Below, piece after piece: positions 52,331-64,000 of a stretch of 64,000 nucleotides of DNA. This stretch comes from Methylotenera sp. GTDB taxonomy: Bacteria; Pseudomonadota; Gammaproteobacteria; Burkholderiales; Methylophilaceae. A program made the translations under genes and the position numbers. Every line of letters starts with the position of its first letter. The first letter of the stretch is position 1. Where the stretch lies: positions 5,363-69,362 of the forward strand of contig JADGRO010000016.1 of assembly GCA_017880905.1 (NCBI GenBank), in the 5' to 3' direction. The notes beneath the pieces are model-generated. The model ran no database searches, had not been told where the DNA came from, and saw only the letters and a list, made by a program, of their open reading frames with translations.

Positions 52331-53233
52331 TTAGTTTACAGTTTTCATGTAATCAGAATTAATCGCCTTAATCGCCTCAGCAATTTTTTCCACCGCCTCA
52401 AGCCGCACAAAACTTTTACGCCAAGCAATAGCAATGCGCCTTGTGGGCGCAGGGCTTGCAAATGGAATCACCTTAATCAGCGGGTTATTGTAGCGTTCTG
52501 CCGTGGCTGAGCAAGGCAGCACGGTAATACCCAAATTTGATGCCACCATATTACGAATAGTCTCAAGTGAGTTTCCCTGCAAAATCTCGCCTTTACGCGA
52601 TAGTTCTGGGCACGCTTGCGTTACTTGGTTACTAAAACAATGGCCGCTATTCAGCAATAACACTTTTTCATCGGATAATTCTTCTGGCTTTATGTGCTTG
52701 CGATGTGCCCAATGATGATGGCTGGGCACCACCACATCAAACTCCTCGTCGTATAAGGCGCGATATTGCAAACCTGGTATATCAAACGGCAACGCGATAA
52801 TCGCCGCATCAATCACGCCATTGCGAAGTTGCGCTTCTAAATTCGCAGTTAAATTTTCTTCTACCTCCAGCGGCATATCTGGCGTGGTTTTACGCAATAT
52901 GGGGATAATTTCTGGTAATAAATAGGGCCCTACAGAATGGATCATACCCAGCTTTAATGCGCCTTTCAGCTGATTTTTACCCAGCTCGGCGAGTTGTTTA
53001 ATACGCGCTGTTTCCTCTAGCACACGCGATGCTTGCTCTACAATTTTCTCGCCAATTTCCGTCATGGTGACATCAGTGCGACTACGCTCAAAAATAATAA
53101 TATTGAGCTCTTGTTCCAACTTTTTAATGGCCAAACTCAAGGCCGGTTGCGTCACAAAACATTTTTCTGCCGCGCGCCTAAAGTTGCGCTCTTGCGCTAC
53201 GGCTACAATAAATTTTAATTCCGTAAGACTCAT
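52331..53233 (-). CDS. oxyR: LysR-type H2O2 sensor OxyR
   Basis: LysR HTH (TQPALS), GHCFSNQVTQAC redox-cysteine pair; divergent from catalase. Confidence 0.92.
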   Translation of the reverse strand: MSLTELKFIVAVAQERNFRRAAEKCFVTQPALSLAIKKLEQELNIIIFERSRTDVTMTEIGEKIVEQASRVLEETARIKQLAELGKNQLKGALKLGMIHSVGPYLLPEIIPILRKTTPDMPLEVEENLTANLEAQLRNGVIDAAIIALPFDIPGLQYRALYDEEFDVVVPSHHHWAHRKHIKPEELSDEKVLLLNSGHCFSNQVTQACPELSRKGEILQGNSLETIRNMVASNLGITVLPCSATAERYNNPLIKVIPFASPAPTRRIAIAWRKSFVRLEAVEKIAEAIKAINSDYMKTVN

Positions 53234-53270
53234 ATTTATTAATAATTAATTAAGTTTTGCTTATCATACA

Positions 53271-53291
53271 TTGATAAATTAAATTTATCAA
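53271..53291. promoter_or_regulatory. Palindrome in the oxyR-katA spacer, probable OxyR site
   Basis: TTGATAAAT-TAA-ATTTATCAA perfect inverted repeat flanked by ATAC/CTAT-like tetramers. Confidence 0.6.
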
Positions 53292-53337
53292 CTATATCAA
53301 AACATACAATTATACAAATCAATTAGTGCTCTTTACA

Positions 53338-53359
53338 ATGTTTGACATGCATCAAACAT
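53338..53359. promoter_or_regulatory. Second inverted repeat upstream of katA
   Basis: ATGTTTGA-CATGCA-TCAAACAT. Confidence 0.45.
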
Positions 53360-53381
53360 GATGACTGTTGAGGAGAGCAAT

Positions 53382-53432
53382 ATGTTGAAAACTATTTTGA
53401 AACAATGTGTTACACATTTAGCCAAGTGCTAG
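53382..53432 (+). CDS. Candidate 16-aa leader peptide MLKTILKQCVTHLAKC
   Basis: GAGGAG SD shortly before ATG 53382; TAG at 53430; no homology evidence. Confidence 0.35.
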   Translation: MLKTILKQCVTHLAKC

Positions 53433-53491
53433 TTGAACTACTAGCTAACTACGCTGCAAGCAATTAACTTTTATATATTTTTACAGGAAAA

Positions 53492-54940
53492 ATGATGATG
53501 AGTAACAAAAAAAGATTAACCACTGCCGCTGGCGCACCTGTGCCGGATAACCAAAACACCATGACTGCAGGGCCTCGTGGGCCAGCATTGTTGCAAGATG
53601 TTTGGTTGTTAGAAAAACTTGCCCACTTTGACCGCGAAGTGATTCCTGAGCGCCGCATGCACGCCAAAGGTTCCGGCGCTTATGGCACGTTTACCATAAC
53701 GCACGACATTACCCAATACACGCGCGCTAAAATATTCTCACAAATTGGCAAAAAAACTGAATTGTTCGCACGTTTTACTACAGTTGCAGGTGAGCGCGGT
53801 GCCGCCGATGCCGAGCGCGATATTCGCGGCTTTGCGTTGAAGTTTTATACCGAAGAAGGCAACTGGGATTTAGTGGGTAACAATACGCCTGTGTTCTTCT
53901 TGCGCGATCCGCTTAAATTCCCCGATTTAAAACACGCTGTGAAACGCGACCCCAAAACCAACATGCGTAGCGCCGAGAACAACTGGGATTTCTGGACATC
54001 ATTGCGTGAAGCCTTGCACCAAGTCACCATTGTAATGAGCGAACGAGGCTTACCCGCCACTTACCGCCACATGCATGGCTTTGGTAGCCACACCTTTAGC
54101 TTTATTAATGCTAAAAATGAACGCTTTTGGGTTAAATTCCACTTCCGTTCACAACAAGGCATTAAAAATCTAACTGACGCAGAGGCCCAAGAGATTGTAG
54201 GTAAAGACCGTGAAAGCCATCAACGCGACCTTTACGAATCAATTGAAAATCGTGACTTTCCAAAATGGATACTTTTCGTACAAATCATGCCAGAAAAAGA
54301 TGCGGGTTCTTACCACTTAAACCCGTTCGATTTAACCAAAGTGTGGCCACATGGCGATTACCCTTTGATTGAAGTGGGCGTAATGGAGCTTAACCGTAAC
54401 CCGGAAAACTTTTTTGCCGAAGTAGAGCAATCCGCTTTTAACCCTGCGGCGGTAGTACCTGGCATCAGCTTTTCACCAGATAAGATGCTGCAGGCGCGTT
54501 TGTTCTCTTACGGTGATGCTCAGCGTTACAGATTAGGCGTTAATCATCACCAGATACCCGTAAATGCGCCTAAATGCCCTTTCTACAGCTATCACCGTGA
54601 CGGTGCAATGCGCATAGATGGCAACCAGGGTGCTACGATTGGCTACGAGCCAAACAGCAAAGGCGAGTGGCAAGAACAGCCAGACTTTTCAGAGCCACCA
54701 TTAGCCGTTGAAGGCATGGCAGATCACTGGAATCACCGCGTAGATGAAGATTATTTTTCACAACCGGGTAATTTGTTCCGCTTGATGACGCCAGCGCAAC
54801 AACAAGTGTTGTTTGAAAATACCGCACGTTCTGTTGGCGGCGCGTCTGTGGAGATTCAAAAACGCCACATTGCCAACTGCTCTAAGGCAGACCCAGCTTA
54901 CGGCACAGGTATTGCCAAAGCATTAGGTTTAAAAGTTTAA
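53492..54940 (+). CDS. katA: Monofunctional heme catalase
   Basis: [35 protein letters not shown]. Confidence 0.96.
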   Translation: MMMSNKKRLTTAAGAPVPDNQNTMTAGPRGPALLQDVWLLEKLAHFDREVIPERRMHAKGSGAYGTFTITHDITQYTRAKIFSQIGKKTELFARFTTVAGERGAADAERDIRGFALKFYTEEGNWDLVGNNTPVFFLRDPLKFPDLKHAVKRDPKTNMRSAENNWDFWTSLREALHQVTIVMSERGLPATYRHMHGFGSHTFSFINAKNERFWVKFHFRSQQGIKNLTDAEAQEIVGKDRESHQRDLYESIENRDFPKWILFVQIMPEKDAGSYHLNPFDLTKVWPHGDYPLIEVGVMELNRNPENFFAEVEQSAFNPAAVVPGISFSPDKMLQARLFSYGDAQRYRLGVNHHQIPVNAPKCPFYSYHRDGAMRIDGNQGATIGYEPNSKGEWQEQPDFSEPPLAVEGMADHWNHRVDEDYFSQPGNLFRLMTPAQQQVLFENTARSVGGASVEIQKRHIANCSKADPAYGTGIAKALGLKV

Positions 54941-54955
54941 ATACTTACCCCTCTT

Positions 54956-54979
54956 AGCCCGCGCAAGCGGGCTTTTTTT
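54956..54979 (+). terminator. Terminator after katA
   Basis: AGCCCGC-GCAA-GCGGGCT plus TTTTTT. Confidence 0.9.
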
Positions 54980-55054
54980 CTGTAAAATTTTGCACATGCT
55001 TGCGACAAAACAAAGTGTTTATCACTTAAAATAACCCTTTATAAAAGGATTAGC

Positions 55055-55219
55055 ATGAAAACTTGGGTATGCGTTGTATGCGGTTTTATTTACGAGGAAG
55101 AAAAAGGCTGTCCAGAAGACGGCATCCCTGCTGGCACCGCGTGGGAGGATGTACCTGCGGATTGGAAATGCCCGGAATGTGGTGCAAGTAAAGCAGAATT
55201 TGAAATGGTGGAGTTTTAA
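55055..55219 (+). CDS. Rubredoxin (not in the ORF track)
   Basis: [13 protein letters not shown]...[21 protein letters not shown], two CxxCG motifs; AAGGA SD. Confidence 0.95.
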   Translation: MKTWVCVVCGFIYEEEKGCPEDGIPAGTAWEDVPADWKCPECGASKAEFEMVEF

Positions 55220-55264
55220 AAGCAGGTGCCCTGCAAAGCAATATCCATGCAGATTATAGAGATA

Positions 55265-55944
55265 TTAATTCTTCGGTAGTTGGCACGCGTGCGCAAATGA
55301 ACGACCTAAAACTGTTGGATTGACCCTACCAAAGCTCTCACCTCCGCCCCATGTCGTGCCTATGCGTATGCACCCAAGCCGCGCAAGATTGCCTAAAGCT
55401 AGAACGATGTCCCCGACGGTTCGAGAAGATCCATTTCTTTCTCTTCCTTGATCCGCACAGAACGAGGCAAATCAACGGTAACTATGCCTGCATGCTGACT
55501 CTGCTCAAAAGGCAAAGCATAAAGTACATCCAAAATTTGTGCTTCTAGTGGCGTAAGTTGCTCCAATATATCAAGATAAGAGCGGCGAATTTCCGTATCA
55601 AAACTAGCGTTCGCTGCATTTACCATCAGCATCGCCCATCTATCCTGAAGGCCATCATCATCTTCAAGTGTTGCCCCTTGAAGCAACGGAACCATAAGTT
55701 TCAATGGTATCGGCTTCGTTGGACTGGAAAGGCCAGATTGCTTTAGAAGTTCCTCCGCACGCAACATCAAACGCAGTTGACGCTCCCAACGCGCATACCG
55801 TAAATGATCCTCAAAAATTCCAATACCTTGTTCAAGTGGCCCAGAAACAAAGCGGGCAATAAATCCGCCTGCTTCTCGAGCGGCATCGATTGCCTTGCCC
55901 GCAGTTTTAGCAACCTCTTGAACAGCTTTTGATTCTTCTTCCAT
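55265..55944 (-). pseudogene. Abi-alpha (DUF4393-like) protein with a -1 frameshift at the G4 run 55411-55414
   Basis: P.KL..PLL.GA.LE.D..LQ..WA.L..NA pattern; adding one G extends to DIVLALGNLARLGCIRIGTTWGGGESF...ACQLPKN*. Confidence 0.7.
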
Positions 55945-55980
55945 GGGCTTCCTGTAACGAAATAAGAAACCTGAGTGGTT

Positions 55981-58413
<2,433 letters not shown>

Positions 58414-58440
58414 TTAGGTTTTGTTAAATGTTAAACAAGT

Positions 58441-59541
58441 TTAAATGCGCATGGGCATCACGACGTATTTGTAATTTTTGTCATTGGGCACAGTAATTAA
58501 GCAACTGCTGTTTGCATCGGCAAACGAAAAATTAATGGTTTCATCACCAACGTTATTGAGCACATCGATTAAATAAGTGACGTTAAAGCCAATATCTAAA
58601 GCATCTTTGGCGTAATCAATCTCTAGTTCTTCTTCCGCTTCTTCCTGCTCGGTATTGGTGCTAATGAGTTTAAGATTATTTTTACTCAGCACCATGCGAA
58701 TGCCACGATATTTTTCGTTAGACAATATTGATGCGCGTTGCATTGCGGTGAGCACGGTTAATCGATTTACGCTAAATGTGTTTTCATGGCCGGTAGGAAT
58801 CACACGATGATAATCTGGAAATTTACCATCGATTACTTTTGAAATGAGTTGAATCTCACTAAAAGCAAAGTTCACTTGGCCGGCGTTAATCTCGATGCTT
58901 AGCTCTTCTTCGCTATCATCGAGCAGTTTAATAAGCTCTATTACCGTTTTGCGCGGCAAGATTACATCGGTTTTTTCATAACTTTTATTCAGTGTGGTTG
59001 AGGTAAAGCTTAAACGGTGCCCATCGGTTCCAACTACGTTTAATTTATTTTCACTCACCTCTAACAGCAAGCCATTTAGATAATAACGAATGTCTTGTTG
59101 CGCCATGGCAAATTCGACTTGCTTAAGTAATTTTTTTAGAGCAATTTGGCTAATATTAACCAAGGTTCCGGCGCCCGCCGCTTTGGTCATGATTGGATAG
59201 TCCGCCGCAGGTAAGGTTTGCAAATTAAAGCGGCTTTTGCCTGCTTTAACCGTTATGCGGCTATCGTTACTTACCATGTCAATATCCACACCATCTGGTA
59301 GCGAGCGGCAAATGTCCAACAATTTTTTTGCAGAAATTGTCGTAGATAATTCACCGCTAAATTTACTTTCAATATTTAAAGAAATTTGCATTTCTAAATC
59401 TGTCGCGGTGAGTTGAATATTATTATTTTTTGCCTCAAGCAATAAATTTGAGAGTATAGGAAGCGTATGACGACGTTCTACAATACTACTGACATTGGTG
59501 AGTGGCTTTAATAAAACTTCACGGTTAATTTTAATTTGCAT
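58441..59541 (-). CDS. dnaN: DNA polymerase III beta clamp
   Basis: TLPILSN, TDLE, TDGHRL, VVMPMRI. Confidence 0.99.
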   Translation of the reverse strand: MQIKINREVLLKPLTNVSSIVERRHTLPILSNLLLEAKNNNIQLTATDLEMQISLNIESKFSGELSTTISAKKLLDICRSLPDGVDIDMVSNDSRITVKAGKSRFNLQTLPAADYPIMTKAAGAGTLVNISQIALKKLLKQVEFAMAQQDIRYYLNGLLLEVSENKLNVVGTDGHRLSFTSTTLNKSYEKTDVILPRKTVIELIKLLDDSEEELSIEINAGQVNFAFSEIQLISKVIDGKFPDYHRVIPTGHENTFSVNRLTVLTAMQRASILSNEKYRGIRMVLSKNNLKLISTNTEQEEAEEELEIDYAKDALDIGFNVTYLIDVLNNVGDETINFSFADANSSCLITVPNDKNYKYVVMPMRI

Positions 59542-59822
59542 GATTTTAATTTCCAGGATTTGCTTATGTTTAAGTTTACGTAATTAAAGGTTTTGTTTAA
59601 TTAATGTTTTAATAAGTATTTAAAGTAATAGTAATAATAATGTCTGCTTTTTCTGTTGGTATACTTTAATAACTAAATTAAATCATCAAGTTACACTCTA
59701 TTTAAAGTTGTTCAAAATAGTGTTTTATTCTGCGGACTAAATGTGTACAAAAAACTATTATTTAAAAATAGCGTTTTAATCTCATTTAACTCACAGGTTA
59801 ATATTGCTTTAATCACAATTGT
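59542..59822. other. Candidate oriC segment (AT-rich, DnaA-trio-like run, degenerate DnaA boxes)
   Basis: Very AT-rich 281-bp spacer; TAATAGTAATAATAA at 59626-59640; TGTGTACAA 59742-59750 and TTAATCACA 59809-59817 each one mismatch from TTWTNCACA. Confidence 0.5.
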
Positions 59823-61205
59823 TTAATCTCTAATAACCTGGGTTAAAAATCCAATATCTCTTGCGATAGTCTGATCGTTTAAGCGTAATTGCTCTATTTC
59901 TTCACATGCATGCATCACAGTGGTATGGTGACGGCTACCAAATGCTTCGCCTATTTCTGGAAAGCTATGGCTGGTAAGCTCTCTCGCCAAACTCATGGCA
60001 ACTTGCCTAGGCCGAGCAAAATTACGCGAACGTTTTTTGCTGTGCATTTCACTCACTTTAATTTTGTAATAATCAGCCACCGTTTTCTGAATATTCTCAA
60101 TAGTGATTTGGCGACCACGCACCGCAATCAAGTCGCGTAACGCATCCTTGGCAAGCTGAATATCAATAGCATGGCCGGTAAAATTGGCCATGGCAACAAT
60201 ACGGTTTAATGCACCTTCCAGCTCGCGTACGCTAGAACGAATTTGCTTGGCAACAAAAAATGCTACGTCTTCATGCAAATTAATTTTAGATTCTTCGGCT
60301 TTTTTAAGTAAAATGGCCACACGCATTTCTAGCTCCGGAGGCTCAATTGCCACGGTTAAGCCCCAACTAAAACGGGTGCGTAAGCGCTCGTCAACATCCA
60401 CAATTTCTTTAGGGTAAGTATCGCAAGTGATGACGATTTGTTTTTTTTCTTCAATCAGAGTGTTAAACGCGTAAAAAAATTCTTCTTGCGTACGTGTTTT
60501 TTTGGCAAAAAATTGAATATCATCAATTAACAATAAATCTAGCGAGTGATATTGCCGTTTAAACTCATCAAAGGCTTTATTTTCGTAGGCTTTTACCACA
60601 TCAGATACATAGCGCTCAGCGTGCAAATAACGAATATTAGCATCAGGGTTTTGTTGTTTTAACTGATTGCCAATCGCTTGTAATAAATGCGTTTTGCCCA
60701 ATCCTACCCCACCATAGATAAATAGCGGGTTATAGGCCTGTCCTGGGTTCTCTGCGACTTGTATCGCTGCTGCTCGCGCCAATTGGTTGGCGCGGCCGGT
60801 GACATAATTATTGAAATTAAAACTGGCATTTAAGCCAGAAGCACGTTCGCCAGTGCGGCGGTTGATAGCAGCTTTTGCGGCCGCAATATTCGTTACATTG
60901 ATTTTTTCCGCTGAGGGCGAGTTTGCATTTTTGTTAGCTTTGCCATTAAGTGCTTTTTTTGCAGCTGTTTTTTCACAAATCGCAAGCTCAATTAAAGTAT
61001 TTTGCGGCAATAATTCGACAGCAATAGTTTCAATTTTGCTTAAAAAACGTTCTTTCACCCACTGCAGTACAAATTTATTGGGGGCAAGTATACGTAACGC
61101 ATTGTCCCCAATTTCTGTTTGCAGGGGCTTAATCCAAGTGTTAAATTGTTGCGCAGATAGCTCTTGTTCAAAGCGACTAAGGCAGGTAGGCCAAAAATTT
61201 TCCAT
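59823..61205 (-). CDS. dnaA: Chromosomal replication initiator DnaA (likely start ATG 61205)
   Basis: YNPLFIYGGVGLGKTHL, LLIDDIQF, RELEGAL, domain IV RHHTTV. Confidence 0.99.
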   Translation of the reverse strand: MENFWPTCLSRFEQELSAQQFNTWIKPLQTEIGDNALRILAPNKFVLQWVKERFLSKIETIAVELLPQNTLIELAICEKTAAKKALNGKANKNANSPSAEKINVTNIAAAKAAINRRTGERASGLNASFNFNNYVTGRANQLARAAAIQVAENPGQAYNPLFIYGGVGLGKTHLLQAIGNQLKQQNPDANIRYLHAERYVSDVVKAYENKAFDEFKRQYHSLDLLLIDDIQFFAKKTRTQEEFFYAFNTLIEEKKQIVITCDTYPKEIVDVDERLRTRFSWGLTVAIEPPELEMRVAILLKKAEESKINLHEDVAFFVAKQIRSSVRELEGALNRIVAMANFTGHAIDIQLAKDALRDLIAVRGRQITIENIQKTVADYYKIKVSEMHSKKRSRNFARPRQVAMSLARELTSHSFPEIGEAFGSRHHTTVMHACEEIEQLRLNDQTIARDIGFLTQVIRD

Positions 61206-61336
61206 CGGTTGCCTGAAACCTCTTACTGTTTTTGTTAAGATATTGATTTTATTATGTTTAATTGTTAGTGATGCATTAATAAGTTTATTATAATTATTAT
61301 TAATTTGTTCGACTATTCTAGCGGGTTTAATCATAC

Positions 61337-61345
61337 TTATCCACA
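61337..61345 (+). promoter_or_regulatory. Perfect DnaA box
   Basis: TTATCCACA in the dnaA-rpmH spacer. Confidence 0.85.
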
Positions 61346-61376
61346 GGCAAACACACATTTATTAAACAAATATTCA

Positions 61377-61406
61377 TTGACAAAATAGCCGCTTATCGGG
61401 TTTAAT
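61377..61406 (+). promoter_or_regulatory. sigma70 promoter for rpmH
   Basis: TTGACA-N18-TTTAAT. Confidence 0.6.
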
Positions 61407-61442
61407 GTACGGCTTTGTAGTAATTGCTAGCTGGAGATTTTA

Positions 61443-61577
61443 ATGAAACGTACTTATCAACCTTCTAAAACACGTCGCGCACGTACGCACGGCTTTTTGG
61501 TACGCATGAAAACCAAGGGTGGTCGTGCAGTTATTGCTGCTCGTCGTGCTAAAGGCCGCACGCGTTTAGGCCTTTAA
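61443..61577 (+). CDS. rpmH: 50S ribosomal protein L34 (not in the ORF track)
   Basis: [44 protein letters not shown]; GGAG SD. Confidence 0.98.
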   Translation: MKRTYQPSKTRRARTHGFLVRMKTKGGRAVIAARRAKGRTRLGL

Positions 61578-61595
61578 CTTTAAAAAGAGTACCAA

Positions 61596-61994
61596 TTGGC
61601 AACGTTTAGATTGACTAAACAAGCCAAAATTGTAAAAACGGATGATTTTTCATCCGTTTTTAATTTACGCAAACGTATTGCAAGCCAGCATTTAATCGTG
61701 CGTTATCGGCCAAACGAAGCGAATATTGCGCGTTTAGGCTTAATTGTGAGCAAAAAAACGGCTAAATTGGCTGTACAGCGTAATTATATGCGACGTGTGT
61801 TGCGTGAGCTTTTTAGGTTAAATAAGCACAATTTACCTGCCATTGATCTGGTGATTCAAGTACAAAAAACATTTGAAAAACCAGACTTTGTTGTGATAAA
61901 AAATGAGTTTGAACATTTAATGCAAAAGCTAGCTACAAAAACTATTACAATTAAAATTGCTTCAATTGCTAACCAAGAATATAAACCAACATGA
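61596..61994 (+). CDS. rnpA: Ribonuclease P protein component
   Basis: RLGLIVSKK, AVQRNYMRR (RNR-like motif). Confidence 0.95.
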   Translation: MATFRLTKQAKIVKTDDFSSVFNLRKRIASQHLIVRYRPNEANIARLGLIVSKKTAKLAVQRNYMRRVLRELFRLNKHNLPAIDLVIQVQKTFEKPDFVVIKNEFEHLMQKLATKTITIKIASIANQEYKPT

Positions 61995-62200
61995 CACGGA
62001 TTTTGATAGCATTTATCAAAGTGTACCAATTTGCATTAAGTCCTTTTTTTGGCCAGCAATGTCGATTTGCGCCAACATGTTCGCAATACGCGGTTGAAAG
62101 TATGCAAAAATACGGTGCATTTAAGGGCTTTTTACTTACAATAAAACGATTGTCACATTGTCACCCTTGGCATGTTGGCGGTCATGATCCTGTGCCATAA
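61991..62200 (+). CDS. yidD: Membrane protein insertion efficiency factor
   Basis: CRFAPTCSQY, CHPW..GG.DPVP. Confidence 0.96.
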   Translation: MTRILIAFIKVYQFALSPFFGQQCRFAPTCSQYAVESMQKYGAFKGFLLTIKRLSHCHPWHVGGHDPVP

Positions 62201-62254
62201 TAGACGTACTTAACTTTGGCACAATGAAAATAACTTACTGATTATAAAGAAGCT

Positions 62255-63892
62255 ATGGATACACGTCGTTTAATTTTATTTGTTATTTTTTCATTTTCTA
62301 TCATGATGCTGTGGGAGTCATGGCAGCAAAAAAATAAGCCAGTAACGCCAACGCAACAAGCGGCGCAAGCGCCAGCTTCTGACACAGTTAACGATACAAC
62401 AAGTACTTCAACCGCCAATAATGTGGCAAGTGAGGGGGGCTTTAAGCTCGAAAAAGGCCAGCGCATTAAAGTAACTACCGATTTATTTCAAGCTGAAATT
62501 GACACCATAGGTGGCGATTTACGACATCTAGAACTCAACAAGCATCGTGCAGCCGAGAGCAAAGACGGTAATTTTGTGCTGATGGATGATGCACAAAAAC
62601 CAATGTTATACATCGCCCAAACTGGTTTGTTGGGTAAAAGTTTGCCTAATCACAAGTCGCTATTTACTAGCGCTGCAATTAGTTATTCTTTAGCCGAGGG
62701 TGCAGCAAGCCAAGAGGTACGATTATCTTGGATAGGCGACGGAATTAACGTCGATAAAATTTACACTTTCCATCGTGGCAGTTACGTAGTTGATGTGAGT
62801 TATCAAATCAATAATGGCAGCGCCACCGCCATTGCGCCGAAAGCATATTATCAAATCGTGCATGATAGCTTATCGAATCAAGGTACCAAAATGCGCCCTA
62901 CTTTTACTGGCGGCGCGTATTTTACAGAGGCAGATAAATTTAAAAAAATTAAATTTGCAGATATGGCAAAAGAAAATTTGTCTAAAACCAGCAAAGATGG
63001 CTGGATAGGGGTTATCCAACAGTATTTTGCCAGTGCATGGATTCCTAAAGCCGGGGTAAGTCATGAGTTTTATACTAAGCAACTAACTGAAAATATTTTT
63101 GCTACGGGCGTTGTAACGACAGGTACCAACATTGCTGCAGGCGCAAAGACAGAGATTGACACGCAATTATTTGCCGGACCACAAACGCATGCCGATTTAG
63201 CGGCCGCAGCACCAGGGCTGGAGTACGCGGTAGATTACGGTTGGTTGAAGGTCATAGCAGAGCCATTGTTTTGGGTGCTATCAAAAATTCATGCACTGGT
63301 ACACAACTGGGGTGTGGCCATTATTTTAGTGACCATATTAATTAAAGCTGCGTTTTATCCACTATCGGCTGCCAGTTATCGATCAATGGCGCAGATGCGA
63401 GAAATGGCACCGCGCATGCAAGCCATGAAAGAAAAATTTGGTGAAGATAAACAAAAAGTACAGCAAGCCATGATGGAGCTTTATCGCACTGAAAAAATTA
63501 ATCCCATGAGTGGTTGTTTGCCTATCGTAATACAAATTCCTGTATTTATTGCATTTTACTGGATGCTATTAGGTACGGTAGAACTGCGTCACGCACCATT
63601 TTTTGGCTGGATTCAAGATTTGTCTGCAATTGATCCATTTTATGTGTTGCCGATTTTAATGGGGGCAACCATGATTATTCAAACTTTTTTGAACCCACCG
63701 CCAACAGATCCAATTCAAGCTAAAGTCATGAAAATTATGCCAGTGGTGTTTAGCATATTTTTCTTTTTCTTCCCGGCGGGTTTGGTGTTGTATTGGTTGG
63801 TGAATAATGTGCTTTCAATCGCACAACAATGGTATGTGAATAAAACCATCCATGCTGTAGCTTTAGCCAAAAAAGGTAATGCAAAAAAATAG
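62255..63892 (+). CDS. yidC: Membrane protein insertase YidC
   Basis: DYGW, NWGVAII, NPMSGCLP, GLVLYW..NN. Confidence 0.98.
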   Translation: MDTRRLILFVIFSFSIMMLWESWQQKNKPVTPTQQAAQAPASDTVNDTTSTSTANNVASEGGFKLEKGQRIKVTTDLFQAEIDTIGGDLRHLELNKHRAAESKDGNFVLMDDAQKPMLYIAQTGLLGKSLPNHKSLFTSAAISYSLAEGAASQEVRLSWIGDGINVDKIYTFHRGSYVVDVSYQINNGSATAIAPKAYYQIVHDSLSNQGTKMRPTFTGGAYFTEADKFKKIKFADMAKENLSKTSKDGWIGVIQQYFASAWIPKAGVSHEFYTKQLTENIFATGVVTTGTNIAAGAKTEIDTQLFAGPQTHADLAAAAPGLEYAVDYGWLKVIAEPLFWVLSKIHALVHNWGVAIILVTILIKAAFYPLSAASYRSMAQMREMAPRMQAMKEKFGEDKQKVQQAMMELYRTEKINPMSGCLPIVIQIPVFIAFYWMLLGTVELRHAPFFGWIQDLSAIDPFYVLPILMGATMIIQTFLNPPPTDPIQAKVMKIMPVVFSIFFFFFPAGLVLYWLVNNVLSIAQQWYVNKTIHAVALAKKGNAKK

Positions 63893-64000
63893 TTCCGACA
63901 CAATAGCTGCTATTGCTACCGCGAGTGGCGCAGGCGGCATTGGAGTGGTACGAGTTTCGGGTGGTTTATCTCAAAGCATTGCAACCCAAATTTTAGGCCA
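63879..64000 (+). CDS. mnmE: tRNA modification GTPase MnmE, N-terminal part (runs off window)
   Basis: MQKNSSDTIAAIATASGAGGIGVVRVSG; follows yidC. Confidence 0.93.
   Translation, partial: MQKNSSDTIAAIATASGAGGIGVVRVSGGLSQSIATQILG

Noticed and set aside
55013-55027. AAGTG-N5-CACTT inverted repeat upstream of rubredoxin
   Set aside because: 5-bp arms in AT-rich DNA are expected by chance
55226-55250. Shared (C)TGCAA(A)GC motif near 5385, 11376 and 55232 as an element-end signature
   Set aside because: Too short and variable, and its orientation relative to the foreign genes is inconsistent

Overview
A betaproteobacterial chromosomal segment, probably Methylophilaceae (Methylotenera-like). That assignment is inferred from the PqqA peptide [23 protein letters not shown] and from gene order. 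It is mostly core genome next to the likely replication origin: truB-rbfA-infB-nusA-rimP, tyrS/anmK/gltA, erpA-argC-rpsI-rplM, ubiAC, recG-spoT-rpoZ-gmk, yicC/rph/rdgB/hemW, argH with an AlgZ/AlgR-like pair and hemCD, dsbD-aroQ-accBC-prmA, oxyR/katA, gyrB-dnaN-dnaA and rpmH-rnpA-yidD-yidC-mnmE. I found no tRNA, rRNA, CRISPR array, transposase or integrase. Less ordinary items: (1) a GC-rich orphan ORF after gltA with the architecture of an integron gene cassette (GTTGGAC...GTCCAAC, 13-bp inverted repeat) but no integrase and no complete attC; (2) an ATP-grasp/alpha-E/transglutaminase/Anbu module lying between yicC and gmk, with sigma54, IHF and NtrC-like sites, and reading into gmk-rpoZ-spoT; (3) further solo foreign-looking genes (DUF4145/HEPN and Abi-alpha, both with single-base homopolymer frameshifts) directly behind housekeeping genes; (4) an RPE-like palindromic element; (5) small ORFs missing from the supplied track (orphan pqqA, rubredoxin, rpmH, and a candidate two-Cys leader peptide before katA). 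All family calls come from recognising motifs by eye; no database searches were run.
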